From: Myxococcales bacterium
GTDB lineage: Bacteria; Myxococcota; Myxococcia; Myxococcales; 40CM-4-68-19
NCBI GenBank assembly: GCA_038231075.1
Contig: JBBRMA010000001.1
Span: forward strand, 278,420 to 342,419
Reading direction: 5' to 3'
Length of the DNA stretch: 64,000 nt
Shown: in pieces, positions 43,894-55,988 of the stretch
Numbering within the stretch: position 1 is the first letter of the stretch
Layout: each line of letters starts with the position of its first letter
Made by a program: the position numbers and the translations under genes
The notes under the pieces: model-generated
Databases searched by the model: none
Told to the model about the DNA's origin: nothing
What the model saw: only the letters and a program-made list of their open reading frames with translations

Positions 43894-44436
43894 GTGGGAC
43901 GGAAGGACGACATCCTCGAGAGAGTGCGAGCCATCGCCGAGCCGCTCGCGGCCGGTGAGGGGCTCGAGCTCGTCGATCTCGAGCTTGGCGGCAGCGGCGG
44001 CGGAGGCGGCACCACCTTGCGCCTCTACATCGACCGCGTCGCGGCGCCCGTCCCCACCGCTGCCGAGCTGGCTGCCCTGGCCGAGGGGCTGCCCCGCGTC
44101 GGCGTGTCGCTGGACGACTGCGCCAACCTCTCGCACGCCGTCTCGGCCGCGCTGGACGTGGAAGATCCGATCGCCGGCGGTTACGATCTCGAGGTGTCGA
44201 GCCCCGGCCTGGACCGGCCGCTCCGCACGCCCGAGCACTTCGAGCGCTTCAAGGGCAAGAGAGTACGCGTCAAGACCTACGGCCCGCTGGCCGAGTGCGG
44301 CGGGCGCAAGACCTTCATCGGCAAGCTCATCGGCTTCGCCGACAACAAGGTCGCAGTGGACGTGGACGGCACCATCTTCCAGGTGCCCCACGAGCAGATC
44401 GCCAAAGCCAACATCGAATACGAGTTCGATCAGTAA
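43894..44436 (+). CDS. rimP: Ribosome maturation factor RimP
   Basis: LERVRAIAEPLAAGEGLELVDLEL...LRLYIDR...VSLDDCANLSHAVSAALDVEDPIAGGYDLEVSSPGLDRPL. GTG 43894 follows GAGG. The ORF-track start at 43846 is possible. Confidence 0.88.
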   Translation: MGRKDDILERVRAIAEPLAAGEGLELVDLELGGSGGGGGTTLRLYIDRVAAPVPTAAELAALAEGLPRVGVSLDDCANLSHAVSAALDVEDPIAGGYDLEVSSPGLDRPLRTPEHFERFKGKRVRVKTYGPLAECGGRKTFIGKLIGFADNKVAVDVDGTIFQVPHEQIAKANIEYEFDQ

Positions 44437-44452
44437 CCCGAAGGAGAACCGA

Positions 44453-46186
44453 ATGGCTGCCCCGACTCCCGCTCCCCCCATCGTGAACCTGAACATGATC
44501 CTGGACCAGGTGGCCAAGGACAAGGGGATCGAGCGCTCTGTCCTGGTGAGCACCCTCGAGCAGGCGATCTCGCAGGCCGCCAAGAAGCACTTCGGCCAGG
44601 ACCGCGCCATCGAGGCCACCTACAATGAAGAGAAGGGCGTGGTCGAGGTCTTCCAGACGCTGACGGTCGTTCCCCGCGTCGAGGTCGAGGACCCGATCAA
44701 GTCGATCAACCAGATCTCGCTCGAGGACGCCGGCAAGAAGGGCATCGAGGCCGAGAACGGCGACGAGCTGCTCTTCCAGATCTTCTACCGCCCCGAGGAC
44801 AACGAAGAGGCGCGCGTGCAGGACGAGCGCTACGGCGACATCCTTCACCTCAAGACCTTCCGCAAGGAGTTCGGCCGCATCGCGGCGCAGACCGCCAAGC
44901 AGGTGATCATCCAGCGGACCCGCGACGCCGAGCGCGAGAACATCTTCAACGACTATAAGGACCGGAAGGGCGAGATCGTCTCCGGCATCGCCCTGCGCTT
45001 CGAGCGCGGCAACATCATCGTCAACCTCGGCCGCGCCGAGGCCGTGCTGCCCGTCCGCGAGCAGACCCCGCGCGAGAGCTACCGCGCAGGAGATCGCGTC
45101 CAGGCCTTCGTGCTCGACGTGCTCCGCGAGAGCAAGGGGCCGCAGATCATCTTGTCGCGCGCCTCGCCCGAGCTGGTGCGCAAGCTCTTCGAGATGGAAG
45201 TCCCGGAGATCGCCGAGGGCGTGGTCGTCATCGAGCAGTGCGCGCGCGAGCCCGGCGGGCGCACCAAGATCGCCGTCGCCAGCCGCGACAACGACGTGGA
45301 CCCGGTCGGCGCTTGCGTCGGCATGAAGGGCAGCCGCGTGCAGGCCGTGGTGCAGGAGCTTCGCGGCGAGAAGATCGACATCGTTCCCTGGGATGAGGAT
45401 CCGGCCCGCTTCGTCTGCAACGCGCTGCAGCCCGCGGAGGTGTCGCGCGTGCTGCTCGACGAGCAGAACAAGGCGATGGAGATCATCGTCCCCGACGACC
45501 AGCTCTCCCTGGCCATCGGCCGGCGCGGTCAAAATGTCCGCCTGGCGGCCCAGCTCACCGGCTGGAAGCTCGACATCAACAGCGAGAGCCGCGTGAAGGA
45601 GATGCGCGACTTCGCCACCAAGTCGCTGACGGCGATCGGCCTGCCCGAGGCCAGCGTCGAGCTGCTCTACGCGCACGGCTTCCGCAGCGCCAAGGACTTC
45701 GCCAACGCCTCGCAAGAGGTGCTCTTGCAGATGCCGGGCATCACCCCGGAGAACGTCGAGCGCTTCATGGAAGGCGCGCGCTCGCAGATCGGCAAGGACG
45801 AAGAGGAGATGGCAAGGCTCGAGCGCGAGCGCGAGGCGGCCCGCGCTGCAGAGGCGCGCCGGCACCCGAGCGAGCTGACCCAGGCCGAGCGTCTCCTGCG
45901 CGTGCGCGGCATCTCAGAGCGCAACATCGAGCAGATGGCCAACGCCGGGTACAAGACCGTCGAGGACATCCACAACGAGCCCGACGCGATGAAGTTCGGC
46001 GAGGGCTCGGGCCTGGGCGTCAAGAAGGGCAAGCAGGTCAAGGCCGCGGTCGAGCACTATCTCCAAGAGGAGGCGCGGCTCAAGGCCGACATGGACGCGC
46101 GCCGGGCAGCAGAGGGCAGGGCGGCAGAGAGCGCGCAGCCCCCGGTCGCGCAGGCTCCCGCGCAGCCGGCCGCTCCCGGAACGTAG
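44453..46186 (+). CDS. nusA: Transcription termination/antitermination factor NusA
   Basis: AAGGAG at 44441-46 upstream of ATG 44453. [24 protein letters not shown]1 and KH regions ([37 protein letters not shown]; [25 protein letters not shown]). The 505 upstream codons of ORF 42938 were rejected. Confidence 0.95.
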   Translation: MAAPTPAPPIVNLNMILDQVAKDKGIERSVLVSTLEQAISQAAKKHFGQDRAIEATYNEEKGVVEVFQTLTVVPRVEVEDPIKSINQISLEDAGKKGIEAENGDELLFQIFYRPEDNEEARVQDERYGDILHLKTFRKEFGRIAAQTAKQVIIQRTRDAERENIFNDYKDRKGEIVSGIALRFERGNIIVNLGRAEAVLPVREQTPRESYRAGDRVQAFVLDVLRESKGPQIILSRASPELVRKLFEMEVPEIAEGVVVIEQCAREPGGRTKIAVASRDNDVDPVGACVGMKGSRVQAVVQELRGEKIDIVPWDEDPARFVCNALQPAEVSRVLLDEQNKAMEIIVPDDQLSLAIGRRGQNVRLAAQLTGWKLDINSESRVKEMRDFATKSLTAIGLPEASVELLYAHGFRSAKDFANASQEVLLQMPGITPENVERFMEGARSQIGKDEEEMARLEREREAARAAEARRHPSELTQAERLLRVRGISERNIEQMANAGYKTVEDIHNEPDAMKFGEGSGLGVKKGKQVKAAVEHYLQEEARLKADMDARRAAEGRAAESAQPPVAQAPAQPAAPGT

Positions 46187-46190
46187 CGGC

Positions 46191-46487
46191 ATGGGCCGCG
46201 GGCGGAGGGCGGTGCACGCGAGGCCGCCCGCTCCCACGCGCCGCTGCCTCGCTTGTCGGAAGGCGAGGCCGCAAGCAGAGCTGCTGCGGCTCGCGCTGCA
46301 GGGCGGGCAGGTGGTGGTGGACGTGAAGAAGATCCTGCCGGGTCGCGGCTGCTCTCTCTGCCGCGACGAGAAGTGCGCGCGGGAGGCGGTGAAGGGGCGC
46401 AAGTTCGGGCGGGCGCTGCGCGGCAAGGCGCAGGAACCGGCGATCGACCGGGTGTTGCAGTGGCTGTTGCAGGGCCCCGTGGCTTGA
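46191..46487 (+). CDS. ylxR: YlxR/DUF448 family RNA-binding protein
   Basis: RRCLACRKARPQAELLRL...GRGCSLC pattern, and the canonical position between nusA and infB. Confidence 0.8.
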   Translation: MGRGRRAVHARPPAPTRRCLACRKARPQAELLRLALQGGQVVVDVKKILPGRGCSLCRDEKCAREAVKGRKFGRALRGKAQEPAIDRVLQWLLQGPVA

Positions 46488-46585
46488 CGCGGGCAGAGGC
46501 GCGGATTAGAGAGGCAGGCCCTTTCGCGGGGCGCCCCGCCGGGGCATTTCTGCGAGGGGCCGACGGAAGGGAAGACGACCGAACG

Positions 46586-49633
<3,048 letters not shown>

Positions 49634-49649
49634 AGAAAGGAGGCCGACA

Positions 49650-49964
49650 GTGGTCGTCGGCGTCCTCAGGCTCACGCTGCACATCCCGGCCGCTTCTTCG
49701 CTCAAGGAGAAGCGGCACGCGCTGCGCAAGATCGTCGACCGCGTGCGGGCGAAGTTCAACGTCAGCTGCAGCGAAGTCGGCGACGGCGACCTCTGGCAGC
49801 GCGCAGTGGTCGGCATCGCCTGCGTCTCGAACGACCACAGCTTCGTCAACGAGCAGCTCGACAAGGTCGTCTCCGAAGTCGAGCGCACGGCGGTCGCGGA
49901 CATCCTCGACCGCGAGATGGAAATCGAGACCTACTCCGAGATGCACCCAGGACTGTCCAGATGA
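49650..49964 (+). CDS. DUF503 (YlxP-like) protein
   Basis: VVGVLRLTLHIPAASSLKEKRHALRKIVDRVRAKFNVSCSEVGDGDLWQRAVVGIACVSND. AAGGAGG lies upstream of GTG 49650. Confidence 0.8.
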   Translation: MVVGVLRLTLHIPAASSLKEKRHALRKIVDRVRAKFNVSCSEVGDGDLWQRAVVGIACVSNDHSFVNEQLDKVVSEVERTAVADILDREMEIETYSEMHPGLSR

Positions 49965-50362
49965 GCGGAAATCGGCCAGCGCGCGTCGGCGCCCAGATCC
50001 AGAAGCTGCTCGCGGAGGTGCTCGCGCGCGGGCTGCGCGACCCGCGCCTTGGCATGGTGACCATCACTTCGGTGGACGTCACCGCCGACCTGCGCGACGC
50101 CCGCGTCTACTGGGCGAGCCACGGGACGCCCGCCGAGCTCAAGGCCACCGAGGCGGGGCTCGAGGCGGCGCGCGGCTTCTTGCGGCGCGCGGTGTCGCAG
50201 GACCTGGGACTGCGCGTCTCGCCTGAGCTGCGCTTCACCTACGACGTCGCCATCGATCGCGGCGCGCGGATCGAGAAGCTCTTGATGGAAGTGAAGCAGC
50301 AGGACAAGGCGCGCGCCGAGACGCCGCCCGCAGAGCCGGACGGCAGCGCGGAGAAGCCGTGA
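49961..50362 (+). CDS. rbfA: Ribosome-binding factor A
   Basis: RVGAQIQKLLAEVLARGLRDPRLGMVTITSVDVTADLRDARVYW...LRVSPELRFTYD. The start overlaps the DUF503 stop (ATGA). Confidence 0.92.
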   Translation: MSGNRPARVGAQIQKLLAEVLARGLRDPRLGMVTITSVDVTADLRDARVYWASHGTPAELKATEAGLEAARGFLRRAVSQDLGLRVSPELRFTYDVAIDRGARIEKLLMEVKQQDKARAETPPAEPDGSAEKP

Positions 50363-51387
50363 AGGCCGTCAATCAAGGCGTGGTGGGCGCGCGCGATTGG
50401 AAGCCGCAGGAGAACCTGCCGCGCGTGGTCGAGACCCTGCGCAAGGCGCGGCGCGTGCTCTTCACCATGCACCGCGGACCCGACGGCGACGCGCTCGGGA
50501 GCGCCCTGGCCCTGGCGTGCGCGCTGCGCGAGGCCGGCCGCGACGTCACCGTCTACACGCCCGACGAGCTGCCCTACAATTTCCGCTTCCTCTGCGGCGC
50601 GGACAGAGTCGTGCGCGCGCTGCCCGAGGGCGCTGCGTTCGACGCCACCGTGTGCACCGATTCGGGCGCGAAGGACCGCCTGCCGCCGCTCCCGGCAGAG
50701 ACCGGCGTGCTCTTGAACCTCGACCACCACATCACCACCGAGCCGTTCGGCGACATCAACTACGTCGATCCAGAGGCCGCCGCGGTCGGGGTGCTGGTTT
50801 ATAAAATTATCAAATCGCTCGGTTTGCAAATTTCGCAAAATGCCGCCGAGTGCATCTACGCCAGCATCCTCGCCGACACGGGCTGCTTTCGCTATTCGTC
50901 CACCGACCCCGAGTCGTTGCGCATCGCCGCCGAGATGCTCGAGGCTGGCGTTTCGCCCTGGGAGATGACGGTGCGCGTCTACGAGCAGCAGCCGGTCGCG
51001 CGCATGCACCTGCTCGCCGACGTGCTGAAGACGCTGGAGGTCGCGCCTTCGGGCAAGCTCGCGACCCTCATCGTCACCAACGACATGATCGCAAAGACCG
51101 GTACGCACCTCGACCTGACGGACGGCTTCATCAACTACGCGCGCTCGATCGACGGAGTGGAGGTCGCCGCCTGCCTGCGCGAGCCGCACGTTGCCAATGG
51201 CAAGCCGGCCGAGACCGCCTGGCGGGTCAGCTTCCGCTCGCGCGGCAACGTCGACGTCGCCGCCATCGCGCAGCGCTTTGGCGGCGGGGGGCACAAGAAC
51301 GCCGCCGGCTGCACCGTGCCGGGCGAGCTCGCAGAAGTGCGGGCGCGCATCGCGGCTGAGACCGAGCGCGAGCTTTCGCATGTCTGA
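50359..51387 (+). CDS. DHH-family phosphoesterase (NrnA-like oligoribonuclease/pAp phosphatase)
   Basis: HRGPDGDALGS, NLDHHITT, GGGGHKNAAG motifs. GTG overlaps the rbfA stop (GTGA). Confidence 0.85.
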   Translation: MKAVNQGVVGARDWKPQENLPRVVETLRKARRVLFTMHRGPDGDALGSALALACALREAGRDVTVYTPDELPYNFRFLCGADRVVRALPEGAAFDATVCTDSGAKDRLPPLPAETGVLLNLDHHITTEPFGDINYVDPEAAAVGVLVYKIIKSLGLQISQNAAECIYASILADTGCFRYSSTDPESLRIAAEMLEAGVSPWEMTVRVYEQQPVARMHLLADVLKTLEVAPSGKLATLIVTNDMIAKTGTHLDLTDGFINYARSIDGVEVAACLREPHVANGKPAETAWRVSFRSRGNVDVAAIAQRFGGGGHKNAAGCTVPGELAEVRARIAAETERELSHV

Positions 51388-52411
51388 CCTGGCCGGGGTG
51401 ATCGTCGTCAACAAGCCTTCGGGGCCCACTTCGTTCGACGTGGTCCGCCGCATCAAGGGGCTCTACAAGGTCAAGCGGGTCGGCCACACCGGCACGCTCG
51501 ACCCGACCGCGACCGGGGTCCTGCCCATCTGCCTCGGCGAGGCGACCAAGGTGGCCGGCTTTGTCGCCGATGGAGAAAAAGAGTACGAGGGCATCGTCAG
51601 GCTGGGCGAGGCCACCGACACGCAGGACGCCGCCGGACGGCTCCTGGCGCGCAAGTCCGTGGACGGCGTCACCGAGGCGCGCGTCGCCGACGAGCTGAAG
51701 AACTTCGTCGGGCTGGTCGAGCAGATCCCGCCCATGTACTCGGCGCGCAAAGTGGACGGCAAGCGGCTCTACGAGTCGGCGCGCGCGGGCGAAGAGGTGG
51801 AGCGCTCGGCGCGGCAGGTGACCATCGACGAGTGCCGCCTGGTGTCGTACGCCGAGGCTGGGTTGGCACCTGCAAAATTACACCCAGAGGGGGACGCGCC
51901 CGCGGGCCGCGCCATCGACGTCGGCGTCTTCGTGCGCTGCTCGAAGGGGACGTACCTGCGCACGCTCGCGCATGATCTCGGTGAGCGGCTCGGCTGCGGC
52001 GGACACCTGCGCGAGCTGAAGCGGCTGCGCGTGGGGCCGTTCGGCATCGACGAGTCGGTCGGCCTCGACGTCTTGATGGCGCTGGTCAAGGACGGCAAGC
52101 GCGAGGAGCTCGAGCGCTACGTCCTGCCGCTCGCGCGCGCGCTCGACGGCCTCGACGAGCTGCGCCTGGATGCCCAGCTCGCCCGCCGCGTCGGCCACGG
52201 CCACACGCCCGGCCCGGCCGACCTCTCGCGCCTGCGCGCCCCGCCCTACTCGCGCGGCCGCAAGGTGCGCCTCGTTGACCCGGAAGGCCGCGTGCTCGCC
52301 GTCGCCGAGAGCGACGGCGTGGGCACGCTCAAGCTGCTCCGCGTGCTGGCCCCGGGCGCGCCCGATCTCGCGCTCGAGCCGCGCCGCGACCCGTACGCCG
52401 ACCAAGAGTAG
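51380..52411 (+). CDS. truB: tRNA pseudouridine-55 synthase
   Basis: GVIVVNKPSGPTSFDVVRRIKGLYKVKRVGHTGTLDPTATGVLPICLGEATK...IPPMYSARKVDGKRLYE. ATG 51380 overlaps the previous gene by 8 nt. Confidence 0.94.
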   Translation: MSDLAGVIVVNKPSGPTSFDVVRRIKGLYKVKRVGHTGTLDPTATGVLPICLGEATKVAGFVADGEKEYEGIVRLGEATDTQDAAGRLLARKSVDGVTEARVADELKNFVGLVEQIPPMYSARKVDGKRLYESARAGEEVERSARQVTIDECRLVSYAEAGLAPAKLHPEGDAPAGRAIDVGVFVRCSKGTYLRTLAHDLGERLGCGGHLRELKRLRVGPFGIDESVGLDVLMALVKDGKREELERYVLPLARALDGLDELRLDAQLARRVGHGHTPGPADLSRLRAPPYSRGRKVRLVDPEGRVLAVAESDGVGTLKLLRVLAPGAPDLALEPRRDPYADQE

Positions 52412-52448
52412 CGGAGCACCCCTCCACTTGTCGCCGTATGCTGCGCGC

Positions 52449-53165
52449 GTGCTCCCGCCCTGGCCCCGCGCTGCTCCGCCCTCTCTGCCCTCGCCCGGTG
52501 AGGCGCTCGTGTTTGCCTTCACGCTCGCCCCGCCGGCCGAGCGGCTGAGCGAGCTGCGTGCGCTGCTCTCGCCGGAGGAGAGCGCGCGCGAGGCGCGGTT
52601 CGTCTTTCCCGATCTGCGCGACAAGTTCGCCGCGGGGCGCGGGCAGCTGCGCGAGCTGCTCGGGGCGGCGCTCGGCCAGGACCCGCGAGCGCTGGGCTTC
52701 CAATATGGCGAGAGCGGCAAACCCGCGCTGGTGGCGGGCGAGCTGCGTTTCAATCTCTCCCACTCGGGCGAGGTGGCGCTGCTGGCGCTGTCGCTTCACC
52801 GCGAGCTCGGCGTGGACGTCGAGGTCTTCAAGCAGCGCGCGTACCTCGAGGTGGGCACGCGCTTCTTCGCGCCGGCCGAGCGGGCGGAGCTGCTCGCGAC
52901 CAGGGCCGACGAGCAGCCCGCGAAGTTCTTCGACATCTGGACCGCCAAGGAGGCGTTCGTCAAAGCGACGGGGCAGGGCATCACCGTGCCGCTCGAGGAC
53001 TTCGAGCGCCGCTGGGACGCGCCCGGCGTCGGCCACATCGAGATCCTGCGCGGGCCGCACGCGGGGCGGCCGTTCTGGCTGCGCCGGCTGCAGTTGGGGC
53101 CTCTCGCCGCCGGCGCGCTGGTCTGCGAAGGCGGCCCGCTCGAGGTCACGACCGGCCTCTATTGA
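52449..53165 (+). CDS. 4'-phosphopantetheinyl transferase (Sfp type)
   Basis: GKPALVAGELRFNLSHSGEVALLAL...LGVDVE...FDIWTAKEAFVKATGQG. The start is uncertain: GTG 52449 is the first plausible in-frame start after the truB stop. Confidence 0.75.
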   Translation: MLPPWPRAAPPSLPSPGEALVFAFTLAPPAERLSELRALLSPEESAREARFVFPDLRDKFAAGRGQLRELLGAALGQDPRALGFQYGESGKPALVAGELRFNLSHSGEVALLALSLHRELGVDVEVFKQRAYLEVGTRFFAPAERAELLATRADEQPAKFFDIWTAKEAFVKATGQGITVPLEDFERRWDAPGVGHIEILRGPHAGRPFWLRRLQLGPLAAGALVCEGGPLEVTTGLY

Positions 53166-53199
53166 ATTTTGCACGGCGCCGACCTGCTAGCATGCGCCA

Positions 53200-55146
53200 A
53201 TGCAAAGCCTGATCGTCGCGCTGCTGCTCGCGGCTCCGCACGGCCTCTCGGTCGAGAGCACGGTGCCGGTCGCGGCCGTGCGCGGCCACGCGTCGCTGCT
53301 CGCGAGCGGCATCCCCGAGGTGCCAGCGGACCTGCGCCACCGCGTGCTGCAGTACCTCTACGCCCGCTCGGCCAGCCTCCTCGACGTCGCCGCCGACGGC
53401 AGCAGCGTTCTCATCGCCACCCGCTTCGGCGGCACCCGGCAGATGCACCTCGTCGACCACCCGCGCGGCGACCGCTACCAGCTTACTTTTGGCGAGGAGC
53501 CCGTCGCCAGCGCCCGCTTCATCCCCGGCGACGAGCACGGCGTCCTCTTCACCCAGGACGCCGGCGGCGGCGAGTTCTTCCAGATCCACCGCTTCGACCG
53601 CAGCACCGGTCGCTCCGTGCTGCTCAGCGACGGCAAGACCCGCCATGAGAGCGTGCGCCTCTCGCGCGACGGCAAGCGCATCGCCTTCGGCTCGTCCGCC
53701 CGCAACGGCAAGGACACCGACGTCTATGTCGCCGACCTGCCCGACGTGAAGAGCGCCCGCCGCCTCATCGAGGACGGCGGCACCTGGCACCCGCTGTCGT
53801 TCTCGCCCGACGGCCAATCCCTGCTCGCGAGCCGCCACCGCTCGGTGGCAGATTCAGACCTGTTCGTGGTCGATCTTGCCACGGGCAAGAAGCGCCAGAT
53901 CACCCCGCAAGGCCCCGCCAGCGTGCACCTCGCGACCTTCGCCGCCGATGGCAAGAGCGTGTATCTGGTCACCGATCGCTGGTCCGATTTCAATGAGCTC
54001 TATCGCCTCGATTTGAATGAAGCGCAGGCGGCGCCCAAGGCCCTGACCCGCGCGCTGCGCTGGAACGTCGAGCACGTCTCGGTCTCGCGCGACGGCGCGC
54101 GGGTGGCGATCGCCATCAATGAAGACGGCTATAGCAAGCTGTTCTTCCTCGACCCCGCGACCGACCAATTGACGCCCTTTGCATTGCCCCAGGGCGTGAT
54201 TGGCGAGTTGCACTTTCCCGCCCAGCGCAGCGACCTGCTCTTCCTCGAGATGCACTCGCCGCGCTCGGCGGCCGATGTCTGGCACGTCGATCTGAACAAG
54301 CACGAGCTGGTGCGCTGGACGCGGTCGGAGGTGGGCGGGCTCGACCTCGAGTCGTTCGCCATTCCCGAGCTGGTCCGCTATCCCTCGACGGGCGGCGTGG
54401 AGGTGCCCGCCTTGCTCTACCGGCCAAAGCTCGGCGCCGGCGCGCGCGCCCCCGTGGTCATCTTCTGGCACGGCGGGCCCGAGGGCCAGAGCCGCCCCGC
54501 CTTCGCCCCGTTCGTGCAGATGCTGGTCGCCGAGCTGGGCGTGGCGGTGCTGCTCCCCAACGTGCGGGGCTCGGATGGGTATGGAAAGACGTACCTGTCG
54601 ATGGACGACGGAATCAAGCGCGAGGACGCGCTGCAGGACATCGGCGCCACGCTCGACTACATCGCGCGGCAGCCGGACCTGGACGCCGCGCGCGTCGGCG
54701 TCTATGGCGGCAGCTATGGCGGCTATATGACGCTCGCGAGCGTGGCGTTCTATCCCAAGCGCATCCGCGCCGGAGTGGACGTGGTGGGGATCTCGTCTCT
54801 ACCGACCTTCTTGAGTACAACTCAAGGTTATCGCCGCGACTTGCGCCGCGCCGAATATGGCGACGAGCGCGACCCCAACGTCCGCGCCGTGCAGGAGCGG
54901 ATCTCGCCGCTCACCAAGGTCGAGGCGATCGAGGCGGCGCTCTTCGTCCAGCAGGGCAAGAACGACCCGCGCGTGCCTCAATCCGAGGCCGAGCAATTGG
55001 TCCGCGCCCTGCGCGCCCGGGGCCGCGACGTCTGGTACTTGTTGGCGCTCAACGAAGGCCACGGGTTCAAGAAGAAGGCGAACTCGGACTTCGCCGCCGT
55101 GGCCACGGTGATGTTCCTGCGCGCCAAGCTCCTGCCCGCGAAGTGA
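53200..55146 (+). CDS. S9-family serine peptidase (prolyl oligopeptidase/dipeptidyl aminopeptidase-like) with an N-terminal beta-propeller
   Basis: Signal-like N-terminus, propeller-like repeats (SRDGKRIAF, FSPDGQSLL, VSRDGARVA), nucleophile elbow GGSYGGYM, and C-terminal QGKNDPRVP...NEGHGF. Confidence 0.88.
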   Translation: MQSLIVALLLAAPHGLSVESTVPVAAVRGHASLLASGIPEVPADLRHRVLQYLYARSASLLDVAADGSSVLIATRFGGTRQMHLVDHPRGDRYQLTFGEEPVASARFIPGDEHGVLFTQDAGGGEFFQIHRFDRSTGRSVLLSDGKTRHESVRLSRDGKRIAFGSSARNGKDTDVYVADLPDVKSARRLIEDGGTWHPLSFSPDGQSLLASRHRSVADSDLFVVDLATGKKRQITPQGPASVHLATFAADGKSVYLVTDRWSDFNELYRLDLNEAQAAPKALTRALRWNVEHVSVSRDGARVAIAINEDGYSKLFFLDPATDQLTPFALPQGVIGELHFPAQRSDLLFLEMHSPRSAADVWHVDLNKHELVRWTRSEVGGLDLESFAIPELVRYPSTGGVEVPALLYRPKLGAGARAPVVIFWHGGPEGQSRPAFAPFVQMLVAELGVAVLLPNVRGSDGYGKTYLSMDDGIKREDALQDIGATLDYIARQPDLDAARVGVYGGSYGGYMTLASVAFYPKRIRAGVDVVGISSLPTFLSTTQGYRRDLRRAEYGDERDPNVRAVQERISPLTKVEAIEAALFVQQGKNDPRVPQSEAEQLVRALRARGRDVWYLLALNEGHGFKKKANSDFAAVATVMFLRAKLLPAK

Positions 55147-55449
55147 TCAGAGCTCTTCGAGCCTGGCCTCGGGCGACAGCGTCGTCAAGAGCGCGGCGAC
55201 GCGGCTGACGATCTGCTCGCGCTCTTGCCGCGTGCCCGAGTGGATCACCAGCACGACGCCTTTTGCGTCGAGGGCGAGATCGAAGTCCTGCGGCCAGTCC
55301 TTGCGCGCCGGCCGATCGGCGAAGCGCAAGGCGATGGCGCCTTCCGCGCGCGAGACCACGGCCCAGCCCTTTTGCGCCGCGAGCGAATCCAAGAGACCCG
55401 CGCCACGGGCCGGCAGAAGCGCGAGGGCGGCGCGATATTCGAACCCCAT
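55147..55449 (-). CDS. Small cytoplasmic hypothetical protein (possible immunity/partner of the upstream secreted protein)
   Basis: 100-aa ORF with no signal peptide. Its ATG (55449-55447) overlaps the upstream TAA by 1 nt (TAATG). Confidence 0.5.
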   Translation of the reverse strand: MGFEYRAALALLPARGAGLLDSLAAQKGWAVVSRAEGAIALRFADRPARKDWPQDFDLALDAKGVVLVIHSGTRQEREQIVSRVAALLTTLSPEARLEEL

Positions 55450-55916
55450 TACTGCGTCCCCGCGCCGTGCGGGCGGTTGCGCACCGCGGGCAGGTCTTTC
55501 GGATTCTTCGCCCCGATGTGCGTCTTCTTCGGATCGCTGCTGGCGTGGCCGTGATCGTCGAGCTGCTTGCCGCTCGGATCTTCCTTGTGGATGTGCGCGT
55601 TGTTCGCCGACTTGTAGGGCGCGGTCTGCTCGTTCCCGCGCGGGTGGAGCCTGACCTCGGACCCGTCGGCGTGCTTCCAGGTCTCGTTCTTGGCGGCGCT
55701 GTTGCTCACCTTGGTCTGCGTGAAGCCGTTCTTCTTCAGCGTCTTGCGCGCCTTGGGGACCGAGGAGCCCTTCATCTTCGGCAGATCGGCAGCGGCGCTG
55801 CCCTTGCTCTTCTTCGCGGCCTGCGGCGGATTGGCCAGCGCCGGCCCGGCGAGAAAGAGGAAGCCGCAGAGCAGCGAGAGCAAGGCAAGGAGCCTGCTTG
55901 GTCGAGTCGAACTCAT
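55449..55916 (-). CDS. Small secreted Lys/His-rich hypothetical protein
   Basis: Signal peptide MSSTRPSRLLALLSLLCGFLFLAGPALA. Mature part is Lys-rich with His clusters (LHPRGNEQ...NNAHIHKEDP...DDHGHASSDPKKTHI). Visibly lower GC than neighbours. Confidence 0.55.
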   Translation of the reverse strand: MSSTRPSRLLALLSLLCGFLFLAGPALANPPQAAKKSKGSAAADLPKMKGSSVPKARKTLKKNGFTQTKVSNSAAKNETWKHADGSEVRLHPRGNEQTAPYKSANNAHIHKEDPSGKQLDDHGHASSDPKKTHIGAKNPKDLPAVRNRPHGAGTQ

Positions 55917-55988
55917 TTGTGTACCCCCCAAAGGATTGCGAGCGGGCTCCACTCTAGAGGAGCCGCCCGCGCATTGCTGTGACGCCGG

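Noticed and set aside
42938-44452. The 5' 505 codons of ORF 42938..46186, upstream of the nusA ATG
   Set aside because: This part runs antisense through the C-N hydrolase gene and in a different frame across rimP. nusA has its own AAGGAG-ATG start at 44453. The same logic was applied to ORFs 11512 (xseA), 46253 (infB), 51191 (truB), 52170 (PPTase), 20983..23385 (Rieske), 30286..32043, 41376..43049 and 59894..63265.
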